DNA from: Candidatus Hydrogenedentota bacterium
GTDB taxonomy: Bacteria > Hydrogenedentota > Hydrogenedentia > Hydrogenedentales > SLHB01
DNA length: 64,000 bases
Assembly: GCA_045863295.1 (NCBI GenBank)
Contig: BTWA01000010.1
Coordinates: 64,001 to 128,000, forward strand
Direction: 5' to 3'
The position numbers and the translations under genes were made by a program. A model generated the notes under the pieces. The model had not been told where the DNA came from. It was given only the letters and a program-made list of their open reading frames with translations, and searched no databases. Positions 10,464 to 22,426 of the stretch are shown piece after piece; the stretch's first letter is position 1, and every line of letters begins with the position of its first letter.

Positions 10464-12478
10464 TTCGCATGCGCTTTTGTCGGGTGCGAATGCGCCACCG
10501 GCACGCGATCGATCCGGCTCACACCCGCCACCGTCATGATGGTCGCCGCAACGCGTTCCACGCTGGCCTCGTCATTCGCCTCGAACACGAACTCAAATAG
10601 ACTTCGTCCTGCATCATCCGGCAGAAACTTCGCGCGCGTGATGCTGATATTCATCGGGCGAATGGCATTGGTTATATCCGCAATCACATTCGGGCGAGTG
10701 GTCGCGGTGATGCGCATTCCCACTTCAATGTGCGTGTCGCCTTCCCAGGAGGCTTGTAGAATGCGATCCGGATCCCGCTTCGTCCGCACAAACGCGGAAC
10801 AGTCTGCCCGGTGAATCGTAACCCCCGTGCCCTTCGTGGCATAACCGATGACCGCATGGCCCGGCATCGGTTTACAGCACTTCGCGAATTGAACCGCCAA
10901 ATTCGACATGCCCGTGACGCAAATCAATTTCGCTCGCGTCTCATCATCGACCTGCCGGACCTTCGGCTTCACCTCCGGCAACACCCGGATCGTGTTGCGC
11001 TTGATTTGCCCTTCCAGCGGTTCCAGCACGCCCAACTCGCGCAAACGCTGCCGGATGCGCGTCCGTGCCTTGCCCGTGATCACGATATCGAGCCAATCCA
11101 TGTGCGGCGTCTGGCCCTTGGACGTCAAAATCTCAACAATGTCGCCCGTCTGCAGGTTGTACCGCAGCGGAACCAGCTTTCCATTTACCTTCGCCCCTAC
11201 GCATTGATGGCCAATGGCGGAGTGCACGTTGTACGCAAAGTCCAGCGGCGTCGCACCCGCCGGGAACTCCATCACTTCACCTTTCGGCGTAAACACATAC
11301 ACGTCCGAGGTCGTCACGGCGCGCCGCAGACTATCCAGCAATTCCTCCGGCGCATGCGCGTCCTGAAGCCACTCAAACATGTGTTTGAGCCACTTCAATT
11401 GCGAGTCCAGCTTCAGATCGCTCCGGCCCTCTTTGTACTTCCAGTGAGCCGCAATCCCTTCCCGGGCCGTCCGATCCATCTCCTCCGTGCGGATCTGAAT
11501 CTCCAACGACATACCCCGCTCGCGCATCACCGACGTGTGTATCGATTGATACATATTGTCCTTGGGCATGGCGACATAGTCCTTGAAACGCCCCGGTATC
11601 GGTGGCCACAGTCGGTGAACGATGCCCAGCGAGTTGTAACAATCCGCGACGGTCTGCGTGATAATGCGCACCGCCTGCACATCCATCACCTGATCGAAAT
11701 CTTTGCCTTGCCGCACCATCTTCTGATAGATGCTGTACAAATGCTTCGGGCGGCCAATGACCCGGGCCGATACTTCCTCGTCTTTAAGGCGCGCCTCCAG
11801 ATATTCGATGGTCTCGTTCAACTCCTCTTCGCGCTCGCGCCGCTTCAAAGCCACATGTTCCGCCATGCGCCGGTATTCGTCCGGCCGGAGTTGGTGAAAC
11901 GCGTGATCCTCCAACTCCCACTTCCAGTTCGAAATACCCAGCCGGTCGGCAATGGGCGCGTAGATCTCCATCGTCTCCTCGCAGATGCGTTCCACACGCC
12001 CGCGATCTTTAATGAATTCGATCGTCCGCATATTGTGAAGGCGATCCGCAAGTTTCACCAGAATGACACGAACGTCCTGTGCCGTCGCAACCAGCATCTT
12101 GCGCAAATTCTCGGCCTGCTTCTCCTGGCGCGAAGGCTGCGCCGTCGTATAACGCATCGTGCGGATCTTGCTGACCCCGTCCACGAGATCGGCCATTTCC
12201 GGGCCAAATTCCTTTTTCAAAGTGGCATACGTGAGTTTGGTGTCTTCAAGCGTGTCGTGAAGCAGGCCCGCGGCAACCGTCACCGGATCCAAGCCAATAT
12301 GCGCCAATATCTTCGCCGTGGAAATGCAGTGGCTGATATACGGATCCCCCGAGTCCCGGAATTTGCCCGCATGAGCCTCGTTCGCGACGCGATACGCTTT
12401 CCGGACCAGATCGGCATCCTTTTCCGAGATCAGGTTCTTGCGAAGCACTTTTAGTAGTTTGGCGAATTCAGTGCGCAT
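10460..12478 (-). CDS. rel: Bifunctional (p)ppGpp synthetase/hydrolase (long RSH)
   Basis: HD hydrolase LLHDTLED, synthetase RFKDY/YQSIH/EIQIRT, TGS, CC and ACT domains; start could be 12499. Confidence 0.96.
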   Translation of the reverse strand: MRTEFAKLLKVLRKNLISEKDADLVRKAYRVANEAHAGKFRDSGDPYISHCISTAKILAHIGLDPVTVAAGLLHDTLEDTKLTYATLKKEFGPEMADLVDGVSKIRTMRYTTAQPSRQEKQAENLRKMLVATAQDVRVILVKLADRLHNMRTIEFIKDRGRVERICEETMEIYAPIADRLGISNWKWELEDHAFHQLRPDEYRRMAEHVALKRREREEELNETIEYLEARLKDEEVSARVIGRPKHLYSIYQKMVRQGKDFDQVMDVQAVRIITQTVADCYNSLGIVHRLWPPIPGRFKDYVAMPKDNMYQSIHTSVMRERGMSLEIQIRTEEMDRTAREGIAAHWKYKEGRSDLKLDSQLKWLKHMFEWLQDAHAPEELLDSLRRAVTTSDVYVFTPKGEVMEFPAGATPLDFAYNVHSAIGHQCVGAKVNGKLVPLRYNLQTGDIVEILTSKGQTPHMDWLDIVITGKARTRIRQRLRELGVLEPLEGQIKRNTIRVLPEVKPKVRQVDDETRAKLICVTGMSNLAVQFAKCCKPMPGHAVIGYATKGTGVTIHRADCSAFVRTKRDPDRILQASWEGDTHIEVGMRITATTRPNVIADITNAIRPMNISITRAKFLPDDAGRSLFEFVFEANDEASVERVAATIMTVAGVSRIDRVPVAHSHPTKAHAN

Positions 12479-12633
12479 AGCTTCCACCGCCCGCCCCAAA
12501 ATGACTCAAGCATCGCAGGACGAACGCTTTCCAACTTGGATTCAGTCTCCCCGCATTCTACCATTTGACCGGACGGACTTCATTCGGGGGAATCCGGACT
12601 CATTCCGGTAAGAACAACCAACGGAATCGATTC

Positions 12634-13935
12634 ATGCCGTACGCACACGACTTACAGAACAAACTTCAAAGCGTTATCGAATGGGCCGACCTCCGGCACG
12701 AACAAGGCGTCGCCGTGGATCCTACCCTCGACGCACTCCGAAGTGCCCTGGATCGCGCGGCAGACCGCCTTCAGAAAGCAAGGCGCCCGGCCGACCTGGC
12801 CGATAGAGAGCCTGATGATTTAGTCGCCATCCGGGCACTGCGTCCCAATGGCCCGCGACGGTTGCGGAAGGGCCTGTTTGCCGATGACATCGGCGACCGG
12901 ATGGCTGGCGCCTGGTTGGGGCGTGCCGCTGGCTGTACCCTCGGGGTCCCGGTCGAGCAATGGCCGGTAGATGACATGGAAGCATGGGCACGAAAGTGCC
13001 GTATGGCGTATCCACCAACCGATTATTGGACCGATCACCCAACCCCCGCGCGCGATTGGTACAAGACCAACACGCTCGGGGATTACCTCAAAGGAAGAAT
13101 CAACGCCGTCCCCGTGGACGACGACTTGACCTACACCTTCCTCGGTCTCCGGATTCTGGAACGCTTCGGCCCCGATTTCTCGACAGCCGATGTTGCAAAG
13201 GCATGGAAAGACTGGCTGCCCATGGCATGCACCGCCGAAGAAGTCGCCTTGCGCAATTTGAAGGCAGGAGTGGATCCCTATAAGGCCGCCGAAATCAACA
13301 ACCCGTTCCAGGAATGGATTGGCGCCGATATCCGCAGCGACTCGTGGGGGTATGCGGCGCCCGGCTGGCCGGAGCGTGCCGCCGAAATGGCCTATCGCGA
13401 CGCCTACCTCAGCCACCGCGGCAACGGCATCTACGGAGAAATGTTCTTTGCCGCCGCCATTGCCGCCGCCTTTACAGCATCCAATCCTCGCGAAGCACTC
13501 GAAATTGGACTCACCGAAATACCGAAAACTTGCCGCCTGTACAAAGACATCCGGTGGGCGTTGAACCACGCCAAGAAACTCAAAGGGTGGCGCGACGCCC
13601 ACGATGCCGTCGCGAAACGGTTCAAGGGCATGCACGCCGTACACACCAACAACAACGCCTGCCTTACCGTATTCGGCCTGTTGCTCGGCAATATGGATTT
13701 CACCCGCACCATCGGGCTCACCGTGGCCATGGGATTGGATAACGACTGCACGACCGCAACCGCCGGTTCCATTATCGGATCCATCATCGGTAAATCCAAC
13801 ATTCCCGGCCACTGGTGGAAGCCGTTCCGGAACCGCTCCAGGACGTATCTGAAAGGACATGGTATGCTGAAGAACGATGACATTGTCAGGCGATTCCTGG
13901 CCATGGCAAAAAGGGTGCATGACCTCGGCAAATAA
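12634..13935 (+). CDS. ADP-ribosylglycohydrolase family protein
   Basis: GCTLGVPVE, DDDLTY, IGADIR, SH, GLDNDCTTATAGS motifs. Confidence 0.9.
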   Translation: MPYAHDLQNKLQSVIEWADLRHEQGVAVDPTLDALRSALDRAADRLQKARRPADLADREPDDLVAIRALRPNGPRRLRKGLFADDIGDRMAGAWLGRAAGCTLGVPVEQWPVDDMEAWARKCRMAYPPTDYWTDHPTPARDWYKTNTLGDYLKGRINAVPVDDDLTYTFLGLRILERFGPDFSTADVAKAWKDWLPMACTAEEVALRNLKAGVDPYKAAEINNPFQEWIGADIRSDSWGYAAPGWPERAAEMAYRDAYLSHRGNGIYGEMFFAAAIAAAFTASNPREALEIGLTEIPKTCRLYKDIRWALNHAKKLKGWRDAHDAVAKRFKGMHAVHTNNNACLTVFGLLLGNMDFTRTIGLTVAMGLDNDCTTATAGSIIGSIIGKSNIPGHWWKPFRNRSRTYLKGHGMLKNDDIVRRFLAMAKRVHDLGK

Positions 13936-13937
13936 CC

Positions 13938-15116
13938 GTGTGCGAGGGCAAGTCCATGCTCGAAAAGCAATTCCTGTTCAGCAAGCGGGGACCCGGTCTT
14001 TCAGGCCTCCATCAACTTCCCGTGTTCAGCATTCATGATTGGGATCTCGTGGCGGAATCGCCGCAGAGATTGCGATACCGCACGGGAATGCGTGCCCTAA
14101 TCAACCGGCTCGGCATTACCTTTGTCGTCGGAGTCGCGCTGGCCTTGATTTACTTCGGTTTCTATCGCGACTTCATGGAAACGCAGCCGATCCCGGATCA
14201 AGACCCCTCATTTGTAGCCGAAATGGAAAAGATGGCGCACGAATTGACAGCGGGCAATGCCGAATTGCAGCGTACCTTTCAGCAAAGCCAGGAGGAATTC
14301 AACCGCAAGCAACAGGCCGCGCGCGAAGACTACATCGCCAAGCGCCACAGGGCAGGCCAAGTCGTTCAAGGCATCATGCTCCTTATTGCCTTATTGGGTC
14401 TCTATCCGCCGGTGAGTGTCCTATGGTCCACACTAACCCTCGAAATCGATCTGTGGAACAATCTCCGAATTCGCAAGGGAGGTCTTATCCCGCGTACGCG
14501 AGTTTGGCCTGCCGATGCGTTTCAATCCATCGCCTACGGCGCGGAAGAACGCATCCACCGGGGCCAGGACAAACGGACGCACGGCGGTTGGCGGTGGTTC
14601 GTCCGGCTGTATGCAAAAAGTGATCTCCCGCTTCCAGCAATCGGGGCCGGAATTCCTCCCAATCAGATTGAGTTTCAGATTCATTATCAAAGGGATCGCC
14701 CCGTAACGGGGGTGAAGCCCCCGGCTCCGGTAGTTAAGCTTGTAAATTGGCTCAAGGCCGTCACGCGTGCGGAAGTGCAAGGCCCCCTCATCGTAGACGA
14801 CCGCGCGGCCGCCGGCTCATTTTTCCAAGGCCGCGTTCCGGTGCAAACCGTGGGCCCGGTCACGCTAGCCCGCGGGCCCGTCACGGAAACCCGCACGGAA
14901 TTTAAATCGTTGGACGAGATGCCCCCGGAACTCCGATCAAAATTCGAAAAGCTGATGGCTCAGGGGCGAACGTCGGAAGTCGTTACACATAGCGTTACCG
15001 TCGAGAGCGGCGGCCCCATAGTCTACAGAGATCAGAACGGTATCGAGCACCGGTACAGGTCGATTGATGAAATGCCCCCCGACATCCGATCCCTATTCGA
15101 TCACTTTCAAAAGTAG
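13938..15116 (+). CDS. Hypothetical two-TM membrane protein with duplicated SxDEMPP motif
   Basis: Two hydrophobic helices around a coiled segment; follows the upstream gene by 2 bp. Confidence 0.6.
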   Translation: MCEGKSMLEKQFLFSKRGPGLSGLHQLPVFSIHDWDLVAESPQRLRYRTGMRALINRLGITFVVGVALALIYFGFYRDFMETQPIPDQDPSFVAEMEKMAHELTAGNAELQRTFQQSQEEFNRKQQAAREDYIAKRHRAGQVVQGIMLLIALLGLYPPVSVLWSTLTLEIDLWNNLRIRKGGLIPRTRVWPADAFQSIAYGAEERIHRGQDKRTHGGWRWFVRLYAKSDLPLPAIGAGIPPNQIEFQIHYQRDRPVTGVKPPAPVVKLVNWLKAVTRAEVQGPLIVDDRAAAGSFFQGRVPVQTVGPVTLARGPVTETRTEFKSLDEMPPELRSKFEKLMAQGRTSEVVTHSVTVESGGPIVYRDQNGIEHRYRSIDEMPPDIRSLFDHFQK

Positions 15117-15258
15117 ACGGGTTTGGTCCGCGGAAACTGGACCCCAAGTTGACTGAACTCACTTGCTTGCGGCCAAACGCACTGAATTGGACTGCAAAAG
15201 GCCTCGCGGGTATTCTTCGGCCGTTACTGCACGCTTCGTGACAATCGAGGAGAAAGAC

Positions 15259-15723
15259 ATGCAACCCCCATTCGACGATGCGATCAAAGTCCATCGCTGG
15301 TTTGCCGTGGAATGCAACAATGCAGCATGGGACTCCATTGAAGGAAAAAGCCGCTCGCCGGAAGAGATGGATCGGATGATTACGGTTGCCCATGCAGCCC
15401 GATGGCACTGGAAGCACGCGGGCGGCGCTGTGAACGAACAACGTGCGCTCTGTTTGCTCGCCTATGCCTACCTCACGGCAGGTAATTGCCAGGAGGCCCT
15501 GCATTATGCTCAGGGATGCTTCGCCCTGACAGAAGCCGCTCCGGCAGGACTGACCGATTTCGATCGGGCGGTTGCCTTTGACGCCTATGCCAAAGCCGCA
15601 TCCAGATCCGGCGACTCCGCCACGGCAGGTCCTCTACAAGAGAAAGCACGGCAAATCGCCGAGTCATTGCCCGACATGGATGATCGGGAAACCGCCCTCC
15701 GCATCATGGCGACGATTCAATGA
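15259..15723 (+). CDS. Hypothetical all-helical (TPR-like) protein
   Basis: GAGGAG RBS; HRWFAVECNNAAW, AHAARWHW helical repeats. Confidence 0.65.
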   Translation: MQPPFDDAIKVHRWFAVECNNAAWDSIEGKSRSPEEMDRMITVAHAARWHWKHAGGAVNEQRALCLLAYAYLTAGNCQEALHYAQGCFALTEAAPAGLTDFDRAVAFDAYAKAASRSGDSATAGPLQEKARQIAESLPDMDDRETALRIMATIQ

Positions 15724-15871
15724 GGTAATGTGCGTCAGAACGGATTCCCGTTTTGATTGGTGCGAATGTGCGCCGATCAAGCCAAGAGAAAACTCGCCGA
15801 AGACAACTCAAGATTCACTCAATATGCCATTAGCCGAAACCTCATCCCACGGCATACAGAAGGATCATTCC

Positions 15872-16654
15872 ATGACGGGCAAGGCACAACAATTTGTCGC
15901 ACTTCTACTTTCGCTCTTGGCCACCGGCGCTTTTGCCGCCGAGCCCTGTGCACACCGCGGCGACAACAAGGCCGCGCCGGAAAACACGATTCCCGCATTT
16001 GAATCCGCCGCACGAAAGGGAGCAAAGCAAATAGAACTCGACGTTCATCTTTCAAAGGACGGCGTGCCGGTGATAATGCATGACAATACCCTTCAGCGCA
16101 CCACCAACGGAGAAGGCAACATAAGCGATCGTACATGGGACGAATTACACAATCTCGACGCGGGAAGTTGGTTCGGCGAAGCGTTCAAAGGTACGAGAAT
16201 ACCCACCCTCGAGCAAGCGCTCGCAGTCATTCCCGAAGGCATTCTCTGCAACGTACACTTGAAGGACGCGCCAGGAGTCGCCAAAACGGCCGCCGAAGTC
16301 CTCGAAAAGCTCGGCCGCCTCGAAAACAGCTTCCTCGCGTGCACTCTTGAACAGGCCCAGGAAGCCCGCATCGTCAATCCCGGCATTAAAATATGCAACA
16401 TGTCCCGCCAGGGAGGAAATCGAGGCGCCTACATCGATCAAACCATCGCGGCGGGGTGTCAGTTTATCCAATTGCACAAAGCACAGGGTATGGATGGACT
16501 CAAGGAAGATGTGGACCGTCTTCACGCGGCAGGCGTAATCGTAAACTTCTTCGGCGCCAACGACGCGGATACCATGCAACCGCTGGCAGATGCAGGCATC
16601 GACTACATCCTTACCGACGATCTCGATCTCGGCTTGAAGACGTTGAGGAAATAG
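15872..16654 (+). CDS. Secreted glycerophosphodiester phosphodiesterase family protein
   Basis: AHRG, PENT, ELDV, HD..L.RTT, IPTLE, ILTD; signal peptide. Confidence 0.92.
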   Translation: MTGKAQQFVALLLSLLATGAFAAEPCAHRGDNKAAPENTIPAFESAARKGAKQIELDVHLSKDGVPVIMHDNTLQRTTNGEGNISDRTWDELHNLDAGSWFGEAFKGTRIPTLEQALAVIPEGILCNVHLKDAPGVAKTAAEVLEKLGRLENSFLACTLEQAQEARIVNPGIKICNMSRQGGNRGAYIDQTIAAGCQFIQLHKAQGMDGLKEDVDRLHAAGVIVNFFGANDADTMQPLADAGIDYILTDDLDLGLKTLRK

Positions 16655-16677
16655 CGAGAAAGTCTCTTTGCGCCGTG

Positions 16678-18216
16678 TCAGAAAATTGTGGACGTGTCTA
16701 TCCCCGGTGCTACGCGATCCAGAATCATTGCCTCACCGGACTTCACCGTGAACTGCAGCAAGGTTTCCATCGACTTGGTGAAATGCGATAAGGGCCGCAC
16801 CACGGAAAGGCCATACTTGCCCGCGCGAAGCCGGCCAATCTCGAAGTTCCCATTCAAACCGACCTGCACCGTTTCATACGAATCTCTAGGCGAATCATTG
16901 TCTGTCGTTCGCCACACCGAAACGCCGTCCGGCACATAGCCCAGCGCGCCAATATCCACGGTTCCGCGCACGACCGCTTCCGGCTCAACCGGTATCGTGA
17001 CCATACCCGATGCATCGGGCGCTGGCCGCTGTGATGCAAGAACTACCGTTCGCGCGAAACCCGCCGTGTAAACTAATAGCACGCCCGGATGCCCTGCTTC
17101 GTCGCTGAGAGAAAACCGGCCGCGCTCATCCGTCGACGCGCGCTGCACCATTTCAAGTCCGTAGTGCCCATCCGCAAGGTCAGGCCACTCAGACCATTCA
17201 ACATACAGAGCCCCGTCGTTAACGGCATAAAGAACCTCCGCGTTGACTATGGGTTCGCCAGTGGCTGCGCTGACAAGTCTCCCCTCAAACGTTGGTGACG
17301 GCTTCAACGCAATCTTGGGTACGAGTGAATACGCCAGCTTCGCGGCAGCAATTTCGCCTCGCCACGGCGCATACCCCCGAGCGTAGATCTGAACCGTGTA
17401 TTCCCGGCCCGCGGTCAGTTCCTGGCCCAAAAGATACACGCCGTCTTCGTTGGACATGGGCATAGTCGGTGCGCCATGCCGGATTGTCGCGCACACGACC
17501 GTAACCGGTTCGCCGCTATCGCCATTCACCGCCTGAATACGCACTTGACCGGGCACCCCGCTGCCGGCCATCACGAATTCATGATGGTTGTCCACGTCGT
17601 AGTTCTTGTCATTCAACCACCGGTGCGGAGCTTCCACATGCACTTGAACCCGGCCTGCCGGCAGGTTGTCGAGCCGGAACACCCCATCCGCATCGGTTGT
17701 CACGAGTTCGCGATCGCTCCCAGGCAGCGGCATGGCATAAGACGGCATGGAAAAACTGGAATGAAACCCCTCGACCGCCGTACTGGCAGCAATTACCGCC
17801 CCGGCAACAGGCGTGCCGTCTTCCCCCGTCACCACGCCGTCAATCCAATGGGCAGGCTCCAGCACTGCATCTTGCTCGGCCGGAGGCAGTGTATCGGCAT
17901 CGGACGCGGGTTCGCCCACATGAATCCACGGGGCGCCGGCCACCCAATACTGTGGAGCATATCCGTCCTTGCTGATAGCGAGCCGATAGCCCGCGCCATA
18001 ACGTTCCACCGGCAAGGCGTATCTGCCGTCCGCCTCGGTATACGTACGCTCCCGATCCCCCGCCTCCGCGTCCAGCAATCCCCATTCCACCATCGCACCG
18101 GCAACCGGTGTGCCATCGATGTCGGTGACAAGTCCCGTAATGGTCTTCACATCCGCCCCGGCATAGGCAACAAAGTATGAGAGAATGGCTACGCACGCTG
18201 AAACAATCGACACCAT
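16678..18216 (-). CDS. Secreted protein with repeated carboxypeptidase-regulatory-like (prealbumin-fold) domains
   Basis: Repeated G.V...DG.PVAGA...T..DG.Y/F modules; signal peptide; AGGAG RBS. Confidence 0.8.
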   Translation of the reverse strand: MVSIVSACVAILSYFVAYAGADVKTITGLVTDIDGTPVAGAMVEWGLLDAEAGDRERTYTEADGRYALPVERYGAGYRLAISKDGYAPQYWVAGAPWIHVGEPASDADTLPPAEQDAVLEPAHWIDGVVTGEDGTPVAGAVIAASTAVEGFHSSFSMPSYAMPLPGSDRELVTTDADGVFRLDNLPAGRVQVHVEAPHRWLNDKNYDVDNHHEFVMAGSGVPGQVRIQAVNGDSGEPVTVVCATIRHGAPTMPMSNEDGVYLLGQELTAGREYTVQIYARGYAPWRGEIAAAKLAYSLVPKIALKPSPTFEGRLVSAATGEPIVNAEVLYAVNDGALYVEWSEWPDLADGHYGLEMVQRASTDERGRFSLSDEAGHPGVLLVYTAGFARTVVLASQRPAPDASGMVTIPVEPEAVVRGTVDIGALGYVPDGVSVWRTTDNDSPRDSYETVQVGLNGNFEIGRLRAGKYGLSVVRPLSHFTKSMETLLQFTVKSGEAMILDRVAPGIDTSTIF

Positions 18217-18280
18217 GGCGCAAACTCCTGGGCACAACAGAACTCATCACAGTTTCATAACGATGCAACACGGATTCTGT

Positions 18281-21200
18281 TCAATAATCGGCATGATCAA
18301 TGACCGGCTTTCCGTATCCCCCGCCTCCCGGCGTTTCGATCACCAGCACATCCCCCGGCGCGACCTCAATGGCCGCTCGCCCTTCCAGCGCATGCGTCTC
18401 ACCGTTTCGCACCAGCGCATTCCGTCCCGGTTGCCCCGGCTCACCGCCGTGCATGCCGTACGGGCAAGTGACCCGCCGCTCGGTCAGCAGTGTCACGTGC
18501 ATGCCTTCCAAAAACTCAATGGACCGGCGTGTCCCATCACCACCCCGCCATTGGCCCTTGCCGCCGGTTTCTTTCCTTAGCGCAAACTCTCGCACCACCA
18601 CCGGGTATCGATGTTCCAACACCTCCGGATCCGTGATGCGCGTGTTGGTCATATGCACATGCACACCCGACGCGCCGTGAAATCCGCTCCCCGCGCCCGC
18701 TCCGCCGCCAATCGTTTCGTAGTACCCGAATCTCTCCGTGCCAAAACTGAAATTGTTCATCGTGCCCTGGCCCGCCGCAAGCACGCCCAACGCTCCGTAC
18801 AACACGTCGCACACGCGCTGCGACGTCTCCACATTGCCGCCCACCACCGCCGCCGGGTACCGGGGATTCAAGAGAGATCCCTCCGGAATGCGAATCTCGA
18901 TAGGATCGAGACATCCACCATTGAGCGGTATGGGTTTGCCAATCAGTGTTCGCATGACATACAAACAGGCCGCCTTCACCACCGCCGGACGCGCATTCAG
19001 ATTCCCGTCCAGTTGCGGGTCCGTTCCCGCAAAATCAATAACCGCCGACTCGCCTTTAATGGTCACCGCGCAACGAATCGTTGCGCCGCAATCCAGACTG
19101 TCTTCAAAACGGTAGACCCCGTCCCCAATCGTGCCCAACACTTCGCGCATGGACTCCGCCGCATTGTCGCGCACATGCCTCATATACGCTCGCACAACCG
19201 GCAGCGTGTACTTCGCACACAGTGCATGCAACAAGGCCACGCCCTGCGAATTGGCCGCAAGTTGCGCCCGCAGATCGGATAAGCGCTCGTCCATATTGCG
19301 CGCGGGATAAGGACCGCTCGAAAGCAGTTTCACAATGCCTGCTTCGTCGAAGCACCCCCGCGCAACCAATTTCACGTTTCGAATCACAACCCCTTCTTCA
19401 TCCAACGACCTCGAAAATGGCGGCATGGACCCGGGCGTGATCCCCCCTATATCAGCATGGTGTCCACGATTGGCTACAAGAAAAACACACGCTCCATCGC
19501 CGGAAAATACCGGCGTCACCACCGTCACGTCGGGCAAATGCGATCCGCCATGATAGGGATCGTTTGTTGCATACACATCGCCCGGCTGCATCGTCCCGCC
19601 GCAAGCCTCAATGACAGCCTTGACCGATTCGCCCATCGCCCCAAGATGCACAGGGATGTGAGGCGCGTTCGCCACCAAGTCCCCCTCCCCCGTAAACACC
19701 GCACAGGAAAAGTCGAGCCGCTCCTTTATGTTCACCGAATGACTCACGCGCTCCAGCGTGCGGCCCATCTGATCGGCAATGGACATGAACAGATTATTGA
19801 ATATCTCCAGCATCACCGGATCGCGCTCCGTACGGACCCGTTCGCGGGTCGATTCCGAAACCGCGCGAAGCAGTAGATGATTGTACGCATTCACTTCCGC
19901 CGTCCAACCCCGTTCCAAGACAATCGTGGAAACCTCCTCCACGATCAGTGCGGGTCCGTTTACGCAATGCCCGTGGCACAACGCAACGCGCGGATACACC
20001 GGAGTGGACACGGCCTCGACGCGTCGCATGCCGTCGGCGCCGGTCAAGTCAAACCACACGGAAACCCAATCCACCGGGACGGGTTCGCCTTCCGCCCTCT
20101 CGCACAATGCTTCCACCGGCGTATCGGTATGCCCAATCGCCTCGACGCGCAATGCGACGATCTCCACCGCATGTCCGGCCTTTGAATACCCATACAGCCG
20201 CGTATGCGCTTCGACAAACCGCTCCAGAAGCAACCCGTCATCCGTCCAAGCCACATTCAACGGCGTATCCGTACCCGCATACCGAAGATCGGCCGAACGA
20301 CGCAATTCCAACGACTTCGAATCGAAACCTTCGTCCCCGAGCACACCGGTTAATTCCCTTTCCAGAACGGCGAAACGGCTGTCCGCTTCGACCAGCGATT
20401 CATCCGTCAAGGACTTCAACATCGCCGTCGCGCGCGAGTGCATCGTGTCGGCCAATCCCATGCCATAGGCGCTCAGTACGCCTGCAAACGGATGCACGAC
20501 GACCGTACGGATACCAAGGAGATCCGCCAGGGCACACGCATGCTGCCCGCCCGCGCCCCCAAAACAGACCAGCGCGTACTCCTGCACGTCATAGCCGCGC
20601 GAAACACTGATTTCCTTGATTGGCTTGGCCATGTTCTCGTTCGCAATACGCACAAAGCCCGCGGCCACGGCCTCCGGCGTCATCAATGAACCCGTCGCCT
20701 CGGATACCGCGCGCGCAATATCCGACAACGCCCGTCGCGCCGCCTCCGCATCCAGCGGCTCTTGCGCATCCCTGCCAAAACACGCAGGGAAGTACTTCGG
20801 TTGGATACGTCCCAGCAACACATTCGCATCCGTGACAGTAGCAGGCCCGCCGCGACGGTAACTGGCCGGCCCCGGCACAGCACCAGCGCTCTCCGGCCCC
20901 ACGGTATAGCGCCGGCCATCAAAAGACAGAACGGATCCACCTCCCGCTGCGACTGTCTCAATGTCCATCATGGGCGCTTTGATCCGAACCCCCGCCACCG
21001 GCTTCTCAAACACATAATCGAAGGACCCGTCAAACCGGGACACATCCGTGGAGGTGCCCCCCATGTCAAAACCAATCGCCTTCTCAAAGCCCGCCGTCAC
21101 CGCCACATGGGCACACGCGACAACTCCCCCCGCCGGTCCCGACAATATCGCGTCTTTGCCCGAAAACCGCTCGCCATCGGCGAGGCCGCCATTCGATTGC

Positions 21201-21940
21201 ATGAATTTCAACGGCACACCCCATCCCAGCGTGTCCCGCAAGCGTGATAGATACCCTCGAATCACGGGCGTCAAATAGGCGTCCACCAACGTGGTATCGC
21301 CTCGAGGCACTGCTTTGATCTCCCGCGCCACGGCATGGCTCAGGCTCACCTGCTCGAATCCCAGGGAAGCGGCAATCCGCCCAACCGCCAATTCGTGCTC
21401 CGGATTCACATAGCTGTTCAGAAACAACACCGCGAGCGAGGTAACCCCCGCACTCCGCAATTCCACCAACGCGCGTTCCGCCTCGGCCCTATCCAAAACG
21501 TGACGCACGCTCCCATCCGCCAGCACCCGCTCGTTCACCTCGCGAACGGCACTCGCCAAAAAAGAGGGCTTCTCAATCTTCAATGCGAACAAGTCCGGCC
21601 GGCTCTGATTGCCAATCACCAGTAAATCCGCAAACCCACGTGTCGTTAACAGACCCACACGGGCCCCTTTGCGCTCCAACAACGCATTGGTGGCCAGCGT
21701 AGTCCCCATGCGTATGGATCGAATGCGGTCTGCGGGGAGAGGGTCACCCGGGCCGAGACCCAGAAAATGCCGGACCGACGCCAACGGCGCATCCGGATAA
21801 CGCTCAGGATTCTCGCTCAACAGCTTCTGGATGTGAATACCGCCCGCGGGATCCCGCGCCACCACGTCCGTAAAGGTTCCACCTCGATCCAGCCAAAAGT
21901 CCCAACCGGCTATGTTCGAACATTGGGTATTCAAGCCCAT
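18281..21940 (-). CDS. Fused ATP-dependent 5-oxoprolinase / hydantoinase A+B
   Basis: [55 protein letters not shown]. Confidence 0.95.
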   Translation of the reverse strand: MGLNTQCSNIAGWDFWLDRGGTFTDVVARDPAGGIHIQKLLSENPERYPDAPLASVRHFLGLGPGDPLPADRIRSIRMGTTLATNALLERKGARVGLLTTRGFADLLVIGNQSRPDLFALKIEKPSFLASAVREVNERVLADGSVRHVLDRAEAERALVELRSAGVTSLAVLFLNSYVNPEHELAVGRIAASLGFEQVSLSHAVAREIKAVPRGDTTLVDAYLTPVIRGYLSRLRDTLGWGVPLKFMQSNGGLADGERFSGKDAILSGPAGGVVACAHVAVTAGFEKAIGFDMGGTSTDVSRFDGSFDYVFEKPVAGVRIKAPMMDIETVAAGGGSVLSFDGRRYTVGPESAGAVPGPASYRRGGPATVTDANVLLGRIQPKYFPACFGRDAQEPLDAEAARRALSDIARAVSEATGSLMTPEAVAAGFVRIANENMAKPIKEISVSRGYDVQEYALVCFGGAGGQHACALADLLGIRTVVVHPFAGVLSAYGMGLADTMHSRATAMLKSLTDESLVEADSRFAVLERELTGVLGDEGFDSKSLELRRSADLRYAGTDTPLNVAWTDDGLLLERFVEAHTRLYGYSKAGHAVEIVALRVEAIGHTDTPVEALCERAEGEPVPVDWVSVWFDLTGADGMRRVEAVSTPVYPRVALCHGHCVNGPALIVEEVSTIVLERGWTAEVNAYNHLLLRAVSESTRERVRTERDPVMLEIFNNLFMSIADQMGRTLERVSHSVNIKERLDFSCAVFTGEGDLVANAPHIPVHLGAMGESVKAVIEACGGTMQPGDVYATNDPYHGGSHLPDVTVVTPVFSGDGACVFLVANRGHHADIGGITPGSMPPFSRSLDEEGVVIRNVKLVARGCFDEAGIVKLLSSGPYPARNMDERLSDLRAQLAANSQGVALLHALCAKYTLPVVRAYMRHVRDNAAESMREVLGTIGDGVYRFEDSLDCGATIRCAVTIKGESAVIDFAGTDPQLDGNLNARPAVVKAACLYVMRTLIGKPIPLNGGCLDPIEIRIPEGSLLNPRYPAAVVGGNVETSQRVCDVLYGALGVLAAGQGTMNNFSFGTERFGYYETIGGGAGAGSGFHGASGVHVHMTNTRITDPEVLEHRYPVVVREFALRKETGGKGQWRGGDGTRRSIEFLEGMHVTLLTERRVTCPYGMHGGEPGQPGRNALVRNGETHALEGRAAIEVAPGDVLVIETPGGGGYGKPVIDHADY

Positions 21941-22056
21941 GGGCACCTCCCGTTCCGAGTGTAACAGCTCGGGGAATACACGCAAACCGTCAAGGGTTTG
22001 CCTCTGCGGCGTTTCATGCTATAGTGTCCCCTTAAGGTTGGTCAGGCGGTGCAAGC

Positions 22057-22257
22057 GTGATTGGCGAAGACAAAATCCTGCACTTCTGGGTGAGTTTCTT
22101 CATCGCGCTGGTGCACCCGGCAATTGCAGTCGTCGCGGGCGTTGGTAAAGAGATCTGGGACGCCGCCATGGGTGGCATGGCCGACGCAGGCGACTTGTTT
22201 GCCGACGGGCTGGGCATTTTGGCGGCCGGGCTGTTTCGACCCACGGGATTGTGGTAA
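22057..22257 (+). CDS. Small membrane protein, YfiM/VanZ-like 'DKxLHF...GKE..D...D..AD' family
   Basis: Motif order DKILHF, GVGKEIWD, DLFADGLG; upstream extended -10 TGCTATAGT. Confidence 0.65.
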   Translation: MIGEDKILHFWVSFFIALVHPAIAVVAGVGKEIWDAAMGGMADAGDLFADGLGILAAGLFRPTGLW

Positions 22258-22426
22258 AGCCCCGTGACTTCGGAATCCGCACGCCGCGAATACGTGTACA
22301 GGCAGGTCCCTGTGGGATATCGGGGTCTGCACCTTCGCAGGCAACGGCAATCGTGCACGTGAAGCGAAACAAATCTGAAGTTTTATGCAACGAAAAGTCC
22401 GTAATCGGAAATAGGGAGAAGCAACG

